Source of the DNA: a virus
Taxonomy: Duplodnaviria; Caudoviricetes
Virus record (IMG/VR): IMGVR_UViG_3300028591_000073
Span: 96,001 to 160,000 of that record
Length of the DNA: 64,000 bases
Reading direction: 5' to 3' (one strand)
Under the pieces are notes generated by a model. The model had not been told where the DNA came from and made no database searches. It was given only the letters and a program-made list of their open reading frames with translations. Each line of letters begins with the position of its first letter. Position 1 is the first letter of the stretch. A program made the position numbers and the translations under genes. Below are positions 29,089 through 40,385 of the stretch, in pieces.

Positions 29089-30273
29089 ATGGATGAGAAT
29101 GAGTATATCTATACCTACGACAAAGATGAGTTGCGTGAGATACTGGAGAAGATATCCAAAGGGATTTCAGTCATTATGGATGATGCACTGAAAACAGATT
29201 TGGAAATGTATCAAATGGAACTCGAATCAGAAATCATGGACAACGAGGATGACATCGAAGAATTCAAACAAAACCATGCTGAGTTGATGAAACGAAAGCT
29301 GGAACAAAAGAAACGAGAAGCGACGAAGAAAGATGTGTTAGTCATTGAATTGTCTCCAAAAGAAAAGGAACAACTCAGGAAAGACATGGAAACAAGTATT
29401 GTTCGTCCCAATCCCAATTTATCTTATCACAAGACAGATGAAGAATTATATGGTGATGAGGAAAAGAAGGAAATCTTCCAGAAGTTGGATAGATTGCAGA
29501 AGTGTTATTATAACCAGCCGGATTATGTCAATGCGGTTAAGATTATCATGGAAGCAATCCAATATTCATTAAAACATGATTACCCATGGATGACATATGA
29601 GGAAGCGGTCAAAGAATTTAATAAAGGAAATATTAAGTTTGAATATTGTCAGCTTCCGAAATTATATCTGAACTGGACAACCATTATTGATGACCCAGCA
29701 ACATTGAAAGCCATCATCAATGGTACTGCGACTGTGATTACCAAGGATGATGAATCTAAGAAGAAAAAGAAGAAATTACCCGTGGAAGCACAGCGGTATG
29801 AGGTTGCCATCACAGGTGAGAATGAATGGAATCAGATGTATGCTGCACATCAACGTGGTATGGATACTCCGATATCTACCGTTATCAAGGTGGCAAATGG
29901 AACATTCTCTCGATTTGCATTACCTTCCAACAACTGGTTCCATCAAAATAAGATGGAAGAAAAGAGAGCTCCTGTCGAATTCGATTGGATGAAAGATGGT
30001 GCTGGTTCTGAATATTATGATATCATTCATGGTAAACAATATACGACTGGTGATTTATTGGATGATTTGAATGCAGCAAATGAAGGCAACCTGAATCACT
30101 CTTTACAGTCTGATATTGATGGATTCCTGAATGACTTGAAGTATTCGAGTAATCAGAATCAACAGCAACAGATGTTGTATCAGTCCAATATGGTGAAAAC
30201 CAAAGATGCTCGTGCGGTACAAATGGAACAAAGCATCTTGCAAGCAATGAAGAATGCCAATCCGAACAAATGA
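29089..30273 (+). CDS. Hypothetical acidic protein
   Basis: 394 aa; RBS GAAAGTGAGG; variant early motif ATGTATATTATTAGATTGA at about 28986. Confidence 0.8.
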   Translation: MDENEYIYTYDKDELREILEKISKGISVIMDDALKTDLEMYQMELESEIMDNEDDIEEFKQNHAELMKRKLEQKKREATKKDVLVIELSPKEKEQLRKDMETSIVRPNPNLSYHKTDEELYGDEEKKEIFQKLDRLQKCYYNQPDYVNAVKIIMEAIQYSLKHDYPWMTYEEAVKEFNKGNIKFEYCQLPKLYLNWTTIIDDPATLKAIINGTATVITKDDESKKKKKKLPVEAQRYEVAITGENEWNQMYAAHQRGMDTPISTVIKVANGTFSRFALPSNNWFHQNKMEEKRAPVEFDWMKDGAGSEYYDIIHGKQYTTGDLLDDLNAANEGNLNHSLQSDIDGFLNDLKYSSNQNQQQQMLYQSNMVKTKDARAVQMEQSILQAMKNANPNK

Positions 30274-30430
30274 ATAATTCGCAGATTTGGGCTTGCTCTG
30301 CGGATGCGGGTGATGGGACATTATACAATGTCCCTAGTTCATAAAGTTTACCTCCTCTAAAAATGCACAATTACACACCCCCAATTGGGGGTGTGGAACG
30401 TGTATATTTTTTGTATTTATTTTGATTTTC

Positions 30431-30454
30431 TATCTATATATAATTAATATGATA
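30431..30454 (+). promoter_or_regulatory. Putative phage early promoter, copy 4
   Basis: TATCTATATATAATTAATATGATA. Confidence 0.7.
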
Positions 30455-30511
30455 AACAATAATCAATTCAATGATCGCAAGATCAAAATAATTTGAAAGG
30501 AGGAATTGATT

Positions 30512-30835
30512 ATGATGTTATCTATCAATTTTGGTGGAAGTTATGTGGACTTCCGTAATGCGGAATACTGGTCTCCTGAAAGAGAGATCAGTATGGCCTT
30601 CGTCGAAGCACTGAGCTACAGGGCACAGTACGAGCTCGACGAAGAGGACACGGCAACTGCAGTTGCCTTTGTCAAGGCATACATGCAGTCACATCCGTTT
30701 GCCGAGGAGCGTGAGCTCAACGGCAGTTGGTATATTCCATCGGATTACTGCGCTGAAATGGCGGAAGCCTATCAGCAGTCCGACGAGTATTACCACTACC
30801 CGATTATCAAGTTCCTTCGGGAACTGGCAGATTAA
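30512..30835 (+). CDS. Hypothetical cassette protein
   Basis: RBS GAAAGGAGG; appears more GC-rich than its flanks; followed by a terminator. Confidence 0.75.
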   Translation: MMLSINFGGSYVDFRNAEYWSPEREISMAFVEALSYRAQYELDEEDTATAVAFVKAYMQSHPFAEERELNGSWYIPSDYCAEMAEAYQQSDEYYHYPIIKFLRELAD

Positions 30836-30840
30836 TGGGA

Positions 30841-30878
30841 GAAAACACACCCTTCCATTCGGGGTGTGTTTTTCTTGT
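30841..30878 (+). terminator. Intrinsic terminator with TTCCATTC loop
   Basis: GAAAACACACCC-TTCCATTC-GGGGTGTGTTTTTCTTG. Confidence 0.8.
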
Positions 30879-30940
30879 ATATTTTTTTATTTATTTTTGT
30901 ATACTACCGACAATGTATTAGTCGAATGTGAAACGGACAG

Positions 30941-31036
30941 TCATATTCGATAACAGGGTTTCATATTCTTATTCATAACTTTGCATATTGACATTACATA
31001 GATGAGGCAAGGATCTGTGTGATGTACTTTGTGCAT
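30941..31036 (-). CDS. 31-aa His/Cys-rich small ORF
   Basis: RBS GAAAGGAG; MHKVHHTDPCLIYVMSICKVMNKNMKPCYRI. Confidence 0.35.
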   Translation of the reverse strand: MHKVHHTDPCLIYVMSICKVMNKNMKPCYRI

Positions 31037-31110
31037 ATTTTTTCTCCTTTCTTATTTTGTGATGCGGGGCCCATATGGGCCCCGAACGTATTTCTATTAT
31101 TTTGATCTTA

Positions 31111-31134
31111 TATCTATATATAATTAATATGATA
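31111..31134 (+). promoter_or_regulatory. Putative phage early promoter, copy 5
   Basis: TATCTATATATAATTAATATGATA. Confidence 0.7.
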
Positions 31135-31180
31135 TTATCATATGAATCAATAAATAATAATTTGAAAGGAGGATATTCAT

Positions 31181-31642
31181 ATGAAATTTCAAAATAATCT
31201 CGATTCTCGCACAATTAAATTAGCGAAAGAACATGGCATTACTATTTATATCATCTCAAGGGATGATATAAACAAGCATCCAAAAACAAGAGAGCACGCA
31301 GGAGAAAAACTCACGGTAGCATGGTGTTACCGGCAAACAAGAGAAGTCTTTCTCGTGAAGGAAGATTTCATCGGGTTCACTCTTTTTGCTCTCGATCTCG
31401 TGTTACTGCACGAGATCGGACACATCATCTACAACACAAGCGATGAGTGTGTTGCAGATACGTTTGCTGTGAACGTTTTGGCGAAACGTCATGGCAACGA
31501 ACAGGCATTAAAAATATATAAAAATGCCCTTCTGTCATTGTATAAATACGATCCGAAAACGAGAATGTTTATGGCTGGTATTCCGGAAGGTGAATACAGC
31601 CATAGACAAAAGTGGTTGTTGAGAGCAGCGAAAGGACTGTGA
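31181..31642 (+). CDS. HExxH zinc metallopeptidase (ImmA/IrrE-like)
   Basis: LVLLHEIGHIIYNTSDECVADTFA. Confidence 0.7.
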   Translation: MKFQNNLDSRTIKLAKEHGITIYIISRDDINKHPKTREHAGEKLTVAWCYRQTREVFLVKEDFIGFTLFALDLVLLHEIGHIIYNTSDECVADTFAVNVLAKRHGNEQALKIYKNALLSLYKYDPKTRMFMAGIPEGEYSHRQKWLLRAAKGL

Positions 31643-31703
31643 TCAATAACCAAAGAAAACGGCTCTCAGAGACTGGATATAGAGAGCCGTTTTTCTTGCT
31701 CTG

Positions 31704-34700
31704 TTATTGTATTTTTTGTGGTATATAATTTTCCACAGTTGCATGAATCCAATATCCACGAACATCTTTGTCTAAGATCACTCTTGTTCCGACATGAATA
31801 AATGGAATGATTTGAATTGTATTGTTTACATCTGCAATAGAAGCTGTCTGACTCTTGGAAACATATAGTGTGAAGAACTTAGTATATGTCCCCGTTGTAT
31901 GAATCGTAAACTTGTCAAGGCTTTCGGTGATGTGAAGTAATACATACAATTGGTTTGTTGTCATACTTCCATCAAAATGTGTCATGGGGAATAATGGATT
32001 TGTTAAAATTTCTTTTTTCCATGCTTGATCAAAATAGGGAAGAATCTGATAATTTGGAATTTCTCTCATGCCTAAATCATCTGACGTAGGATGATAAATT
32101 GAAACACCATTGATTTTGGGGATATTATAATATTCATTATAATCGTCATACTCATCCTCATTCAGATATCCGTTATTCCAAGTATCCATGATATTTGGTT
32201 CTACATCTACATTATTCGGATTTGTAATGAAACCCATACTAATGTCTTGAAGATTTGTATGATTAGGATATCCATAAAATGCATATCGCATGTCTTGTCC
32301 GATTAATTCATGATTAGATAAGAAGGCTTGTTGATAGGATGCGTATACATTCCCTTCCAAGTCAATATAAACACTATTCTTATTTGATAAAAGTGTGTCA
32401 TTTACATCATCTACCAATTCGATCAATTCAAAATTCTTTAAAGAAACCAAATTGATTAATTGGAAAGATGTTGGTGATAAGATAATCAGATTCTCAACAC
32501 CTTTGAGCTGACGACCGTTTACCCAGAATTCATATCTTCGTCTGGACAGAGGTGTTGGAATATATCCGGTTACATCAATGAATCCATTCTTGGGAATATT
32601 GTAACAACAATATCTACATACATGCAGATGATTAGAACGAACCACTTGCCTGTATTCTCGATCGGTTCCCGATAAATATGGACCTCCACCATGATATGTT
32701 AATCGCTTATCATATTGCTCATGACGAATATTGGAGATGGGATAACGAAGTTTGTTAATTGCATCACAGTAATACTCGAAAGGATTCATCATATATGTGC
32801 CATCATTTGTAATCTGATCATCGGATGCTTTTTTGTATGTTACCGAGATATTGATGTCACATGTACATGGTGACGAATATGGATGATCCGGAATCAGAAC
32901 GAATTCATCTGGAATTTCCATATACAATACATATTCCGATGGTATCTCAATCCATGAATCATCGTTTGTTGTGTAATTTGGTGTGATCAGTTCCTTTGAT
33001 ACATCAATATTGATGAGACCACCGATGCAACCATAATCGGAATCATGTAACACTGTACATGTATATGAATTATTGTGATCCAAGTCTACATTTGAATCGA
33101 TAATTCTGATGATTTGATTCTGATTTTCATCCACATCGGCAATTCCATGGAATATGATGGATGATACATTCCCATCATATTGAGATTTTTGATTGTCGAT
33201 ACAAATCAACTTGATATCCTCACCAGATAAGAAATTGTCAATTGGCTGTATGATTGTTGCAACATATGTGTTTTGATACAATGGCATTGGCGTGTGTGTA
33301 TCAATCAATGGATTCTTTACCAATACATGATATTCTTTTGCTGTTTCATGGATTGTGATTCCATCACTGCCATAATCATTGAGATATACATCCATATGAC
33401 AGAATCTTGGTTTTGGTGTATATGGTCGATCTCCTCGATGTGGCAAGCTGTTCCGTTTGATTTTAAATACCATTGCAGTCTCTGCATCATTTAAATCTGG
33501 TTTGATATCATGGAAATAAGCTTCCCAATTTTCTTTGGATGAGTGTGCTTCCAATGTCCCAGTTGCATCATAATGATAGTATTCTTCCAAATCCAAATGC
33601 TTTCTGATACATAACTTATCATACACATCTGTTTTGATTTCATCCGGATTATCTGGAATATTGTTGTTTGTTGACAGAATCGGTTTGAAACGAACATTGC
33701 ATGTTTTATCATGCAACGTGATTTCATCAAATACATCTGCCGTTTGATATGCGAAATAAATGAAGATTCTGTCTGCTTCAGGGAACTCTTCATTGTTGAT
33801 ACCTTCGATATATACACGATTGAACGTGCGTACACGATAAGCATCATATACATCCGTGTCATCAAAATTGGTATAGGTGTATGTGTCAGTCGCAACTGTC
33901 TTGACAGTATACGATGATGGTTTAATCCATTCCTTTTTATCCCAATTATACAACAACACTTCCAATTTACTGGACATGGGAATGTCACGTACATCGAACT
34001 CATATGTTCTGGGAAGTCTGGTTCGATCATTTGTCATATAGGTTTGTGCAGCTTCATATGATGTGACATTATACCACGTTGTCGCATGCTCTGGTTCATC
34101 CAAATAGGATGCTAATTTGGAAACCTTATCTTCCATGGATTTTATATCCAATTCCGATTGTTCAATTTGACGTTGTAATTTGATACGTTTACTTACCGTG
34201 GATGTCTGAACCAGTTGTGTGTGCAACTCTTGTAACGTATCTTTTTCCATTGCAATCTTCGATTCTAACTTCTCCATCAATTTTTGATATGTGAGTTTTT
34301 CCAAATTGATTACATTATGATCATTTGGTTCATCTCTTAAAATCGGATACAATTCTGGATCTGTTAATAAAGAACGATTTACATTCATTAACTTTACACA
34401 CATATGTGGCAATTCATTCTCGTAATGATGCCAACAATTCCATCCCATAAAATGAAAACGATAATGTTTATGTGCTTCATCTGGATATGGATTTGGAATG
34501 ATGTTATGGAACATGCCATTCACACGAGTATATACATAATCCCCATGTGTGTAAACATACACAGGGTCCCCAGGTACTGATAACATATCGGGATAATCTT
34601 CATCGTAGAATTCTAATTCTGGATCATACGATGGATTATAGTACATCTTGTAATCTGAATTGGAAAATTCATCTAAGAAGTTGGAAATGTTATCATCCAA

Positions 34701-37700
34701 TACTGTACATGAGATATCAGTTGTAAGATACCGATGAATCAATGTGGGATCTGTCATGGAAATCCATTTTGCATGACGGTGATCTACCCGTGCTTCCACG
34801 AATCCACGAGATTGGGAATGATCAATTGCTGTGATATAAGCTGGGAAAGTATAATGTAAATCATCATTTGTTGTGATATAAATCTTTTGATTTTCAAAGT
34901 ATTTACCACCAATAGATTCTATATCTTGACCAGTTGTTGCATTATTCGTGATCGTGATCTCCGGATGTATAATTTGTGATGGTTTGAAAAATAATTCTGT
35001 TGTTGGACAGCTGCCAACATCACTGAGAATGAATCGATTGATATCTTGATTTGATAAATAGATGCGATCAATGGATCCCGGTAACATGGTTCTCTTTTGT
35101 AGAATCATTTCTGAAGTATGCTGTAATTGTTGATACCGATTACCATATAACATCTCATAATTAGAACCATTTACTTTGGATACAACTGTACATCCATCTT
35201 CATTCACATGCATATCTTCATGGATGTTTTGCAAATCCACATGTGTATTTGTGGTATGATACAACATCTCCATCGATTGTAATAATTGTGCAGAATTACT
35301 GATTCTACGGAATGTGATACGACCAGAACGATCTGCAATCATGGTTCCATCTTTTCGATAGAATGAGAATGTCAAATCTTCCAATGTATTTCCATTAAAG
35401 AATACATATTCACAATTCTTACGGATTCCACCATGTCTTTTCACAACGTATTTCCCATCAACATATTGGGATGCGACATTAAAATATAAATTCTTTGTAC
35501 TTGACATGGTTGGCTTGTACAATGGTGGATACAGATGATTATCATCTGGAGAACTCGTTAACGTGACCATCATGTATGAAGGTTGTTCATTCCATGGTGA
35601 GACTGTGATATCTCGATCATCTGGTACGGTACTGTCATATTCTTGAATTTCATCAATCACATACATGTCGAATACATAATTTTCCATGGCATCATTTACA
35701 TATTCTTCCATGTTTGCAATGTAATTATTTTTTGCATCTTCAATGGATGTTAAGATATCTTGATAAACATCAAAATCGTTTATATTATTTAATAATCCAT
35801 CACGGAAATCATCCAAGTTTTTATACATTGTGGATGGTTGATTTTTAAATGTTGTACGTGCCGGTGATTTATCCGTGTCATCCAAATCAGAAACGGCATT
35901 TGCAATGGAATCATGATTGTAAAAATACCCGTGATCAAGATACAAATGTAATTGTTTGAATTGATAAATGTTTTGTTGCTTGTGGAATTTCTTGAAATAT
36001 AAATACAGATTCCGAACACGACGAATGGTATTTGTTTTAAATCCATATCGATAATACATATGCTTCAAACACTTCAACCACCAATCAATACTCCGATACA
36101 AGTTTTGATATGTGTCACGTGTAATGGAAAGCGGATTTGTCCATATCCTTGTTGTACCAAAATCCCATTTATTATCAGATTGCAATTGTAAATACATATT
36201 CAACAACTTGTCCAAAATACCATTCGTAGTTCCATGTTTCAAAAATGGCTCATGATCAATCAAATGATTTAATGTAAGCTCTGTGTAATGATGTGGTTTA
36301 TCCGATGCGGTAGTTCGGAATTTCACCAATTCATCATAAATCTTTTCCAATGCTTCTTTGGAAGATTCTATGACAAATGTGTGGTTTACACCAGTCTTGT
36401 AATTCGTTTCCAAATAACTGATGAGATCACGAACACAATTCAAATATTTTGTACACAACTTAGCCAATTGCATGTCGTAATAATATACTTGCAATCCAAT
36501 TGAAGTCCCCATCAACCAATGTTCTTGATCAATTGCCATGTTGTCAATTAACATATACTTTGTGTCTGTTTGTCCATAATCTCCAAATGTGTAAGCATAT
36601 GCATCATTGTCCAAACGTGTGGTTCCTTTAAAAATACCTGGAATCCCATAATACAAATGGGAGTTCCCGTCATTCAATATATTGGATGTTGTTGTATTAA
36701 CTGCAAATGAGGTATAGAATTGAGAAAAGTTCACGGGAATCATTGGTTGATTTTCAAATGCTTTTGCAATATTATAATCCAAATATCTTTCATCAAACTT
36801 GTCATTTGTTAAAATATGATAGAACATCGCTTGTGAATTATCATCACCATCATTCAATATAGAAAGTGTGTAGAACAGATAGTTCAATGCAAACGGTGCT
36901 CTTTCGGAAGATTCTGTATACTGATGAATCTGGTCGGATGTGATATTCGCACGATCATATTGTATCTGAGACCAGTCCGTGTGAACCAAATCCTTCGTAT
37001 CAATCTTACCACGTAACATGTCAGACATGACTTGCACAACTGTTTCATCCGAATATGTTCCATATAAGATCTTCGACAATTTCATCAATTGATTTTCGAC
37101 ATCCCAATATCTGATAAAGCCAAGATAACGTTCTGTCTCTGTGATAAAGGTATCATAATCCAATACATCTGTCAATGTAAATGTATCATCAATTTCTTGT
37201 GCACTTGGATAGAAGGTATCAGTATATAACACGAAGAATTTGAACATGTCATCTTCATATAGATTATTATTGATATAGAAGGTATTCTCGATTCCTTTGA
37301 AACGTTTGATATTGGGATATGCAAATACCCATGCTTGGTCATCTTTGGAATATGCCAATGAAATAAAACACTGTTCTGTGATTGGTCGATTGAATCGATT
37401 TGGAGATGTCTGCTCTAATAAGAAATTATCAATATCAGCTTGCATGTTATTGAATACTTGTAATGATTTGCAACCACGATATGGATCTGACAATCTTTCC
37501 ACAAATGCCTGGTATGCTTCTTCATAGAATGCAGGATGAATCAACTCTCGATAATCGTATTTATTATCCCAATCATCCTCTGAATAGAATGTTAATTGAT
37601 CAATGGATTCCATGAAATCCGAGAATTCCGATACCAATTCCGAAGAAACCAGATTTGTCAATAATGCACCTTTCACATATGCCGTATAATATGGATATAA

Positions 37701-38984
37701 AGACCGGTATATATTCCGTAATGGTGTAATCACTTTCGTTTTGAACTGTTCATATGTTTTAAAACTCTTCATCAACAATGCTTCTGTTATTTTGGAAATA
37801 GTTTGACGGTGTGTTTCCATATACTGATACAGATTGACACATTTTACCAATACATCAAACTGTAAATCATATGTTCGATCAATACAGATTGGAGGTGTAC
37901 AGATGGGTGGATCATAGAAGGGTGTGTCATCCTGTGTGGAAGCAACGATGGGATTTCCATCCAAATTCACAACAGGATTATTTAGATCCGTATAAACAGG
38001 ACGATTGTGTGTGAAATTCATATAATTTAATGCGGGAAAAATGCCATTGATTTCATGTAAGAATTTTGTGTGATAAATCATCATTGTCAAGCTGGTGGGT
38101 TGATAACGTTCCAACATTTGTAATACAGCAATCTGTAAATGAGGAATACATAACACACCTTTCTCATCAATTGTACCAAAGTTTGGAACAACTTGTACTT
38201 GCTTGACATAATCATCCATATAAATATCAACAATGCAGTTCTGGGATACATCAGATATTTTACCGGTGTCAAACTTGAGATAAGTTCCGTTAATGTCAGA
38301 TGGGGAAAGTTGCATTACTGTCACATCTGTTTGATCGAGTTTATAAATGATGACTTCCGCATTGCCCAAACCACCATATGCAAACTTAAAACGGAATCCA
38401 TAATCATTGAATCCCACATAGAATTCATTACAGATTTTGCCATTGATGGTACACAGCAGTGAGAAATCCAATAGTTTCGTATATGCATTCGTAGTGAATT
38501 CCGACACGTGAATGTATTGCCGATTTACAGAATCATGCATCTTGTTTAACTTTTGACGAATGAATTCATCACGTTCTCCAAAGTGTAATTGATCATATGG
38601 AACATCTGCAATATAATAAGAAGATCCACGTTCCATATGAATGCTTTTATCACTCAGATTATCAGCATGATACAATACAGCGTGTGTATTCACCAACATC
38701 TTACCCATGGCTCTACGTAATGTTTGTTCATACGTTTTTACCATAGCATCATCCACATCTTTAAAACTATAATTGGATTTGGACAATAACTCCATTAGTT
38801 TTTCAAATCCATATTTGTTACCCATAATTCCAAATGGTTGTTGTTGTAATAATTCAGAATGGGTTTCTTGTAAACGTTTATAACGATTTCCGATATCTAC
38901 CCAACTGGTATCATATGCTGTAAAGTATTTGTGAAACTCATAAAACCAGTCGTTGTAATTTATTTTCATATCATCATCTGACAT
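31704..38984 (-). CDS. Very large (2426 aa) virion structural protein, probably tail/baseplate
   Basis: Uninterrupted ORF in the late module; C-terminal PTPLSRRRYEFWVNGR motif. Confidence 0.7.
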   Translation of the reverse strand: MSDDDMKINYNDWFYEFHKYFTAYDTSWVDIGNRYKRLQETHSELLQQQPFGIMGNKYGFEKLMELLSKSNYSFKDVDDAMVKTYEQTLRRAMGKMLVNTHAVLYHADNLSDKSIHMERGSSYYIADVPYDQLHFGERDEFIRQKLNKMHDSVNRQYIHVSEFTTNAYTKLLDFSLLCTINGKICNEFYVGFNDYGFRFKFAYGGLGNAEVIIYKLDQTDVTVMQLSPSDINGTYLKFDTGKISDVSQNCIVDIYMDDYVKQVQVVPNFGTIDEKGVLCIPHLQIAVLQMLERYQPTSLTMMIYHTKFLHEINGIFPALNYMNFTHNRPVYTDLNNPVVNLDGNPIVASTQDDTPFYDPPICTPPICIDRTYDLQFDVLVKCVNLYQYMETHRQTISKITEALLMKSFKTYEQFKTKVITPLRNIYRSLYPYYTAYVKGALLTNLVSSELVSEFSDFMESIDQLTFYSEDDWDNKYDYRELIHPAFYEEAYQAFVERLSDPYRGCKSLQVFNNMQADIDNFLLEQTSPNRFNRPITEQCFISLAYSKDDQAWVFAYPNIKRFKGIENTFYINNNLYEDDMFKFFVLYTDTFYPSAQEIDDTFTLTDVLDYDTFITETERYLGFIRYWDVENQLMKLSKILYGTYSDETVVQVMSDMLRGKIDTKDLVHTDWSQIQYDRANITSDQIHQYTESSERAPFALNYLFYTLSILNDGDDNSQAMFYHILTNDKFDERYLDYNIAKAFENQPMIPVNFSQFYTSFAVNTTTSNILNDGNSHLYYGIPGIFKGTTRLDNDAYAYTFGDYGQTDTKYMLIDNMAIDQEHWLMGTSIGLQVYYYDMQLAKLCTKYLNCVRDLISYLETNYKTGVNHTFVIESSKEALEKIYDELVKFRTTASDKPHHYTELTLNHLIDHEPFLKHGTTNGILDKLLNMYLQLQSDNKWDFGTTRIWTNPLSITRDTYQNLYRSIDWWLKCLKHMYYRYGFKTNTIRRVRNLYLYFKKFHKQQNIYQFKQLHLYLDHGYFYNHDSIANAVSDLDDTDKSPARTTFKNQPSTMYKNLDDFRDGLLNNINDFDVYQDILTSIEDAKNNYIANMEEYVNDAMENYVFDMYVIDEIQEYDSTVPDDRDITVSPWNEQPSYMMVTLTSSPDDNHLYPPLYKPTMSSTKNLYFNVASQYVDGKYVVKRHGGIRKNCEYVFFNGNTLEDLTFSFYRKDGTMIADRSGRITFRRISNSAQLLQSMEMLYHTTNTHVDLQNIHEDMHVNEDGCTVVSKVNGSNYEMLYGNRYQQLQHTSEMILQKRTMLPGSIDRIYLSNQDINRFILSDVGSCPTTELFFKPSQIIHPEITITNNATTGQDIESIGGKYFENQKIYITTNDDLHYTFPAYITAIDHSQSRGFVEARVDHRHAKWISMTDPTLIHRYLTTDISCTVLDDNISNFLDEFSNSDYKMYYNPSYDPELEFYDEDYPDMLSVPGDPVYVYTHGDYVYTRVNGMFHNIIPNPYPDEAHKHYRFHFMGWNCWHHYENELPHMCVKLMNVNRSLLTDPELYPILRDEPNDHNVINLEKLTYQKLMEKLESKIAMEKDTLQELHTQLVQTSTVSKRIKLQRQIEQSELDIKSMEDKVSKLASYLDEPEHATTWYNVTSYEAAQTYMTNDRTRLPRTYEFDVRDIPMSSKLEVLLYNWDKKEWIKPSSYTVKTVATDTYTYTNFDDTDVYDAYRVRTFNRVYIEGINNEEFPEADRIFIYFAYQTADVFDEITLHDKTCNVRFKPILSTNNNIPDNPDEIKTDVYDKLCIRKHLDLEEYYHYDATGTLEAHSSKENWEAYFHDIKPDLNDAETAMVFKIKRNSLPHRGDRPYTPKPRFCHMDVYLNDYGSDGITIHETAKEYHVLVKNPLIDTHTPMPLYQNTYVATIIQPIDNFLSGEDIKLICIDNQKSQYDGNVSSIIFHGIADVDENQNQIIRIIDSNVDLDHNNSYTCTVLHDSDYGCIGGLINIDVSKELITPNYTTNDDSWIEIPSEYVLYMEIPDEFVLIPDHPYSSPCTCDINISVTYKKASDDQITNDGTYMMNPFEYYCDAINKLRYPISNIRHEQYDKRLTYHGGGPYLSGTDREYRQVVRSNHLHVCRYCCYNIPKNGFIDVTGYIPTPLSRRRYEFWVNGRQLKGVENLIILSPTSFQLINLVSLKNFELIELVDDVNDTLLSNKNSVYIDLEGNVYASYQQAFLSNHELIGQDMRYAFYGYPNHTNLQDISMGFITNPNNVDVEPNIMDTWNNGYLNEDEYDDYNEYYNIPKINGVSIYHPTSDDLGMREIPNYQILPYFDQAWKKEILTNPLFPMTHFDGSMTTNQLYVLLHITESLDKFTIHTTGTYTKFFTLYVSKSQTASIADVNNTIQIIPFIHVGTRVILDKDVRGYWIHATVENYIPQKIQ

Positions 38985-39101
38985 ATTGTTTCTTACCCAA
39001 GAATACTATTGTATTCAGACAGTAAGCTCATACCCAGTGTCGTCTGGGCTGTTTATATTCACAAATCAAGTAAGTCAGGATAACCTACTTTCTATATTAT
39101 T
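38985..39101 (-). ncRNA. Putative TnpB omegaRNA scaffold
   Basis: Directly 3' of tnpB: CCCAG-acgaca-CTGGG hairpin, then CTTAC..[GAATAC-aata-GTATTC]..GTAAG nested stem. Confidence 0.6.
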
Positions 39102-40343
39102 TTACGACACTTGAATGTCCTTGATTGTGAATTTTCTTATACTCCAAGAATTCACTTGTCTTAATGCTTCATTACGTAGATTGATAGCAGCATTCCAGTC
39201 TCTATCAATTGTTAATCCACATGAAGGACATTGATAAACTCTGTCTTTGAGTTGTAAATCTTTCTTAACATATCCACATCTATGACACATTTTAGATGAA
39301 CAAAACCACATATCTGCTCTAATGACAATATGGAATGGTTGTCGCAATTGCTTATATTCTAACATGGTTCTGAATATTCCAAATGCATTATCATATGTCG
39401 ATTTGCCTAACTTGAGAGATCTTCCAATATTTTGCATATTGATATCTTCAACGCCAATCACATCGTAGTTCTTGGTTATTGAACTACTCAGTTTGTGTAA
39501 GAAGTCATATCTTTGATTGGAAATATGCTCATGAAGTTTAGATGATTTAACTCTAGTTTTATCCCAATTTTTTCCATGAAGAGTTTGTCTACTTAATTTC
39601 TTATTAAGTATTCTTAAACGTTTTTCTGCTTTTCTGTAGTATCTGGGATACCCAGCAGAATTGCCATTGGAATCAACATATAATGATTTAGATGAATAAT
39701 CTAAACCAAGTATATTTAATTCATTATTTGGATTTAAGATGAAGCATTTACCAGATATCCCTTCTCTATCATCTTCATAATGATAACATATTGAAATATA
39801 ATATTTACAAGAGGAAGATTTAGAAATAGTGATATGCCCAAGTATCCAATGTTCGGGATGTTGTTTTTCTCTATGAGAGAATTTAGTCCAGCCTATAACT
39901 GGAATCTTTATTGATTTATTATCCCAGTTTATGCGAATATTCTCACCATGATAGTCAACATAACTTTGTTTACTTGTTTTTTTCTTAAATCTGGGAAATC
40001 CGACTGGTTTACCATCCTTTCTAAATTTCCAAATGTTTTTATTCTTTCGATAGATGTCCCACATACGATTGTATGCTTGTTTAAGAAACATCTTTTCATT
40101 ATTCATAGCATGTCTGTCAATGATGAGGTCCTTATTAGATTTATTCAAGAATGGATGTTCTGATATGATATCACAGCAGTTAACTATTGTAGCTGATACT
40201 TCTTTATCGAAGAATGTTTGTGAAAGTTTCTCGAGAAGTTTATTCCACATAAATCTACAACATCCGAATGTATCATTGATAATCTTCTTTTGTTGTTCGT
40301 TTGGAAATATTTGAAACTTCCTACTGACATAGATTGTTGACAT
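39102..40343 (-). CDS. tnpB: IS200/IS605-family RNA-guided endonuclease TnpB
   Basis: N-terminal KFQIFPNEQQ..TFGCCRFMWN; GFPRFKKK; RuvC LGLD, VEDIN, DRDWNAAINL; Zn finger CHRCG..CPSCG. Confidence 0.93.
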   Translation of the reverse strand: MSTIYVSRKFQIFPNEQQKKIINDTFGCCRFMWNKLLEKLSQTFFDKEVSATIVNCCDIISEHPFLNKSNKDLIIDRHAMNNEKMFLKQAYNRMWDIYRKNKNIWKFRKDGKPVGFPRFKKKTSKQSYVDYHGENIRINWDNKSIKIPVIGWTKFSHREKQHPEHWILGHITISKSSSCKYYISICYHYEDDREGISGKCFILNPNNELNILGLDYSSKSLYVDSNGNSAGYPRYYRKAEKRLRILNKKLSRQTLHGKNWDKTRVKSSKLHEHISNQRYDFLHKLSSSITKNYDVIGVEDINMQNIGRSLKLGKSTYDNAFGIFRTMLEYKQLRQPFHIVIRADMWFCSSKMCHRCGYVKKDLQLKDRVYQCPSCGLTIDRDWNAAINLRNEALRQVNSWSIRKFTIKDIQVS

Positions 40344-40367
40344 ATAATTCACCTTCTTTATTTATTT

Positions 40368-40385
40368 TATCATGTGAATTATATG
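40368..40385 (-). promoter_or_regulatory. Early-type promoter variant upstream of tnpB
   Basis: CATATAATTCACATGATA versus consensus TATATAATTAATATGATA. Confidence 0.5.
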
